Made by a program: the position numbers and the translations under genes. DNA of 63,990 nucleotides, counting the filler, from Octopus bimaculoides (taxonomy: Eukaryota): the NCBI RefSeq assembly GCF_001194135.2. It is 10 parts of 8 records of this genome, joined end to end, with 100 filler letters (N's around TTAATTAATTAA, not from the genome) between each part and the next. Parts side by side here need not be neighbours in the genome. Positions count along the whole stretch, not along the records: positions 62,265 to 63,990 come from NC_068986.1; 9 more parts are not named here. The stretch is one strand, 5' to 3'. Shown here piece by piece: positions 62,497 through 63,990 of this stretch (the first letter of the stretch is position 1; each line of letters begins with the position of its first letter). The notes under the pieces were generated by a model. It did no database searches. It was not told the DNA's origin and saw only the letters and a program-made list of their open reading frames with translations.

Positions 62497-63253
62497 CTAG
62501 CTGACGTACCCGGTAATTCCCGAGAAAGTGGGGCTTAACCCTTGATTCCATTCTCATAGTTGTTTCGCTAATCCAATAACAAAAACACAGAGTATGTAAC
62601 CCTTAAAGCGGTTTTTGTGCATTTACGGAGAATACCGAACTGTCTTACACAGGATCTTGATTTTAGGAATTTTCAAATTGTGAAGTTAGCTATGTAATAA
62701 CGTGAAATTAATTAACCGATCGTAAGAATTCAAATAAAGTAGCCCCGAAAAGGGCTTTAATGCGTTCCCAAAGTATATAGAACTTAGGAGGAAATACTAA
62801 TAAGGTATGTATACTAAAATCGTGAAGCATGTTACGTAATAACAGGCTAATCAGATATGAGATAATAACAATTCAAAGTAAATAACTATGAAAAAGGGCT
62901 TTTGTGCCTTCCCAGAGAATATTACCCACAGCGGCGCTAGTGTTGGTACATTCGTGAATAAGTTACTAGTCGAAATAAGTGGATCTATTGTTTAGAAAAA
63001 TACTATTTACTTGTTTAAGGGTTGTACTGGATAAATTTGAAAAATAACTGTAACAATTCAAATACTAAGAAATAAGCATACTCAATTTGATTTATAGCAA
63101 ATGATTTAGGGTTATTTCCCTCGGCTATTAAAATCTGGGCGAATGGGTCATTTAACTTGGCTGTTAAAATGAAATATTATATATATATAGGAGGAGTTAG
63201 CTAACAACGCCACAAACACGCCCACTGACAGAATTTCCCACATATATAGTAGA
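62497..63253 (-). mobile_element. Non-autonomous Helitron, apparently full length (757 bp)
   Basis: Minus strand: A|TCTACTATATATG at the 5' end; 3' end CTCGG-GAATTA-CCGGG hairpin, then TACGTCAG and CTAG|T. A|T insertion, 5' TC, 3' CTAG and subterminal hairpin are the established Helitron hallmarks. Confidence 0.78.
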
Positions 63254-63297
63254 TATGTATATCTTTCACACACACACACACACACATATACATACAC

Positions 63298-63417
63298 AGA
63301 AGTGGCTGTGTGGTAAGAAGTTTGCTTCCCAATCATATGCTTCCGGATTCTATCCAACTATGTGCCACATTGCACAAATGTGGGTGAATTTTGTAGATGG
63401 AAACTCAAAGAAACCTC

Positions 63418-63449
<32 letters not shown>

Positions 63450-63482
63450 NNNNNNNNNNTAGATGGAAACTCAAAGAAACCT

Positions 63483-63490
<8 letters not shown>
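63298..63490 (+). mobile_element. SINE family A 5' half, decayed
   Basis: GAAGTGGCTGTGTGGTAAGAAGTTTGCTTCCCAATCATATG...GTAGATGGAAACTCAAAGAAACC then (CT)n. Confidence 0.8.
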
Positions 63491-63539
<49 letters not shown>

Positions 63540-63542
63540 CCC

Positions 63543-63924
63543 TCGATTGACAGACAGTCTGGCCGTAGGGGACGAATTCTTGATGCACAATACTGAAATT
63601 CCGGGTGTGACGTTCGTGGCAGGTCTTCCAGATCACTCATCGTTTTCCAGGGATGTTTTCCCGCTTTGGAAGCCCCCGTACCACTCAAAACATTGCCTCG
63701 TCGCCGCAAGCTTGTCGAAACATGCTCGATGTCTCTGTAATAGACTTCCCAATCTTAATGCAATATTTCACATTGGCTCTTTGTTCCAGACAAATTTCAC
63801 AACTTGCGAAATATACACAGCGATGTCACTCGGCACACTGCCTCATGAAGGTCACTGCTAGCTCTTATTGTGCATGCAGCAATGTACTGCCATCTACAGT
63901 ACTAGTCCGAGAACTTTTTGATAC
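63543..63924 (-). mobile_element. Mariner (DD34D-type) transposon, internally deleted
   Basis: Minus strand: TIR-like GTATCAAAAAGTTCTCGGACTAG, then LEQRANVKYCIKIGKSITETSSMFRQACGDEAM...EWY...GKTSLENDE*SGRP, jumping to IVHQEFVPYGQTV of the catalytic domain. Confidence 0.85.
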
Positions 63925-63990
63925 ATAAATACATACATACATACGTACATACATACTCACACACACATATACACATGTATATATACGAAT

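Noticed and set aside
63395-63490. Duplicated TAGATGGAAACTCAAAGAAACCTCC on both sides of a 10-N gap
   Set aside because: Typical unmerged contig overlap at a (CT)n tract.

Overview
AT-rich eukaryotic draft-assembly window, about 10% N, saturated with microsatellites. The SINE and transposon repertoire looks like an octopus (coleoid cephalopod) genome; that assignment is from pattern recognition, not a database hit. I found no host protein-coding gene, rRNA, true tRNA or CRISPR array. Nearly every ORF in the supplied track is a microsatellite or N-gap artefact. The real content is decayed mobile DNA: four tRNA-headed SINE families (labelled A-D here), Penelope-like element (PLE) remnants (two RT pieces, a GIY-YIG endonuclease, two terminal-repeat copies), a Gypsy integrase with its 3' LTR, R4/Dong, CR1/L2 and possibly RTE LINE fragments, internally deleted maT (DD37D) and mariner (DD34D) transposons, a full-length non-autonomous Helitron and several MITE-like inverted-repeat elements. 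The best leads are: (1) two copies of a minimal hammerhead-ribozyme fold in the PLE terminal repeats sharing a non-canonical core (U at position 6, extra A after A9); (2) a dyad-symmetry island with an 88-nt hairpin at 35.6-35.8 kb; (3) a tail-to-tail SINE pair that would form long dsRNA; (4) a chimeric SINE; (5) a candidate recursive-splice or micro-exon site near 31.99 kb. I do not see a clearly new multi-gene system. Boundaries of decayed repeats are approximate (about +/-20 bp).
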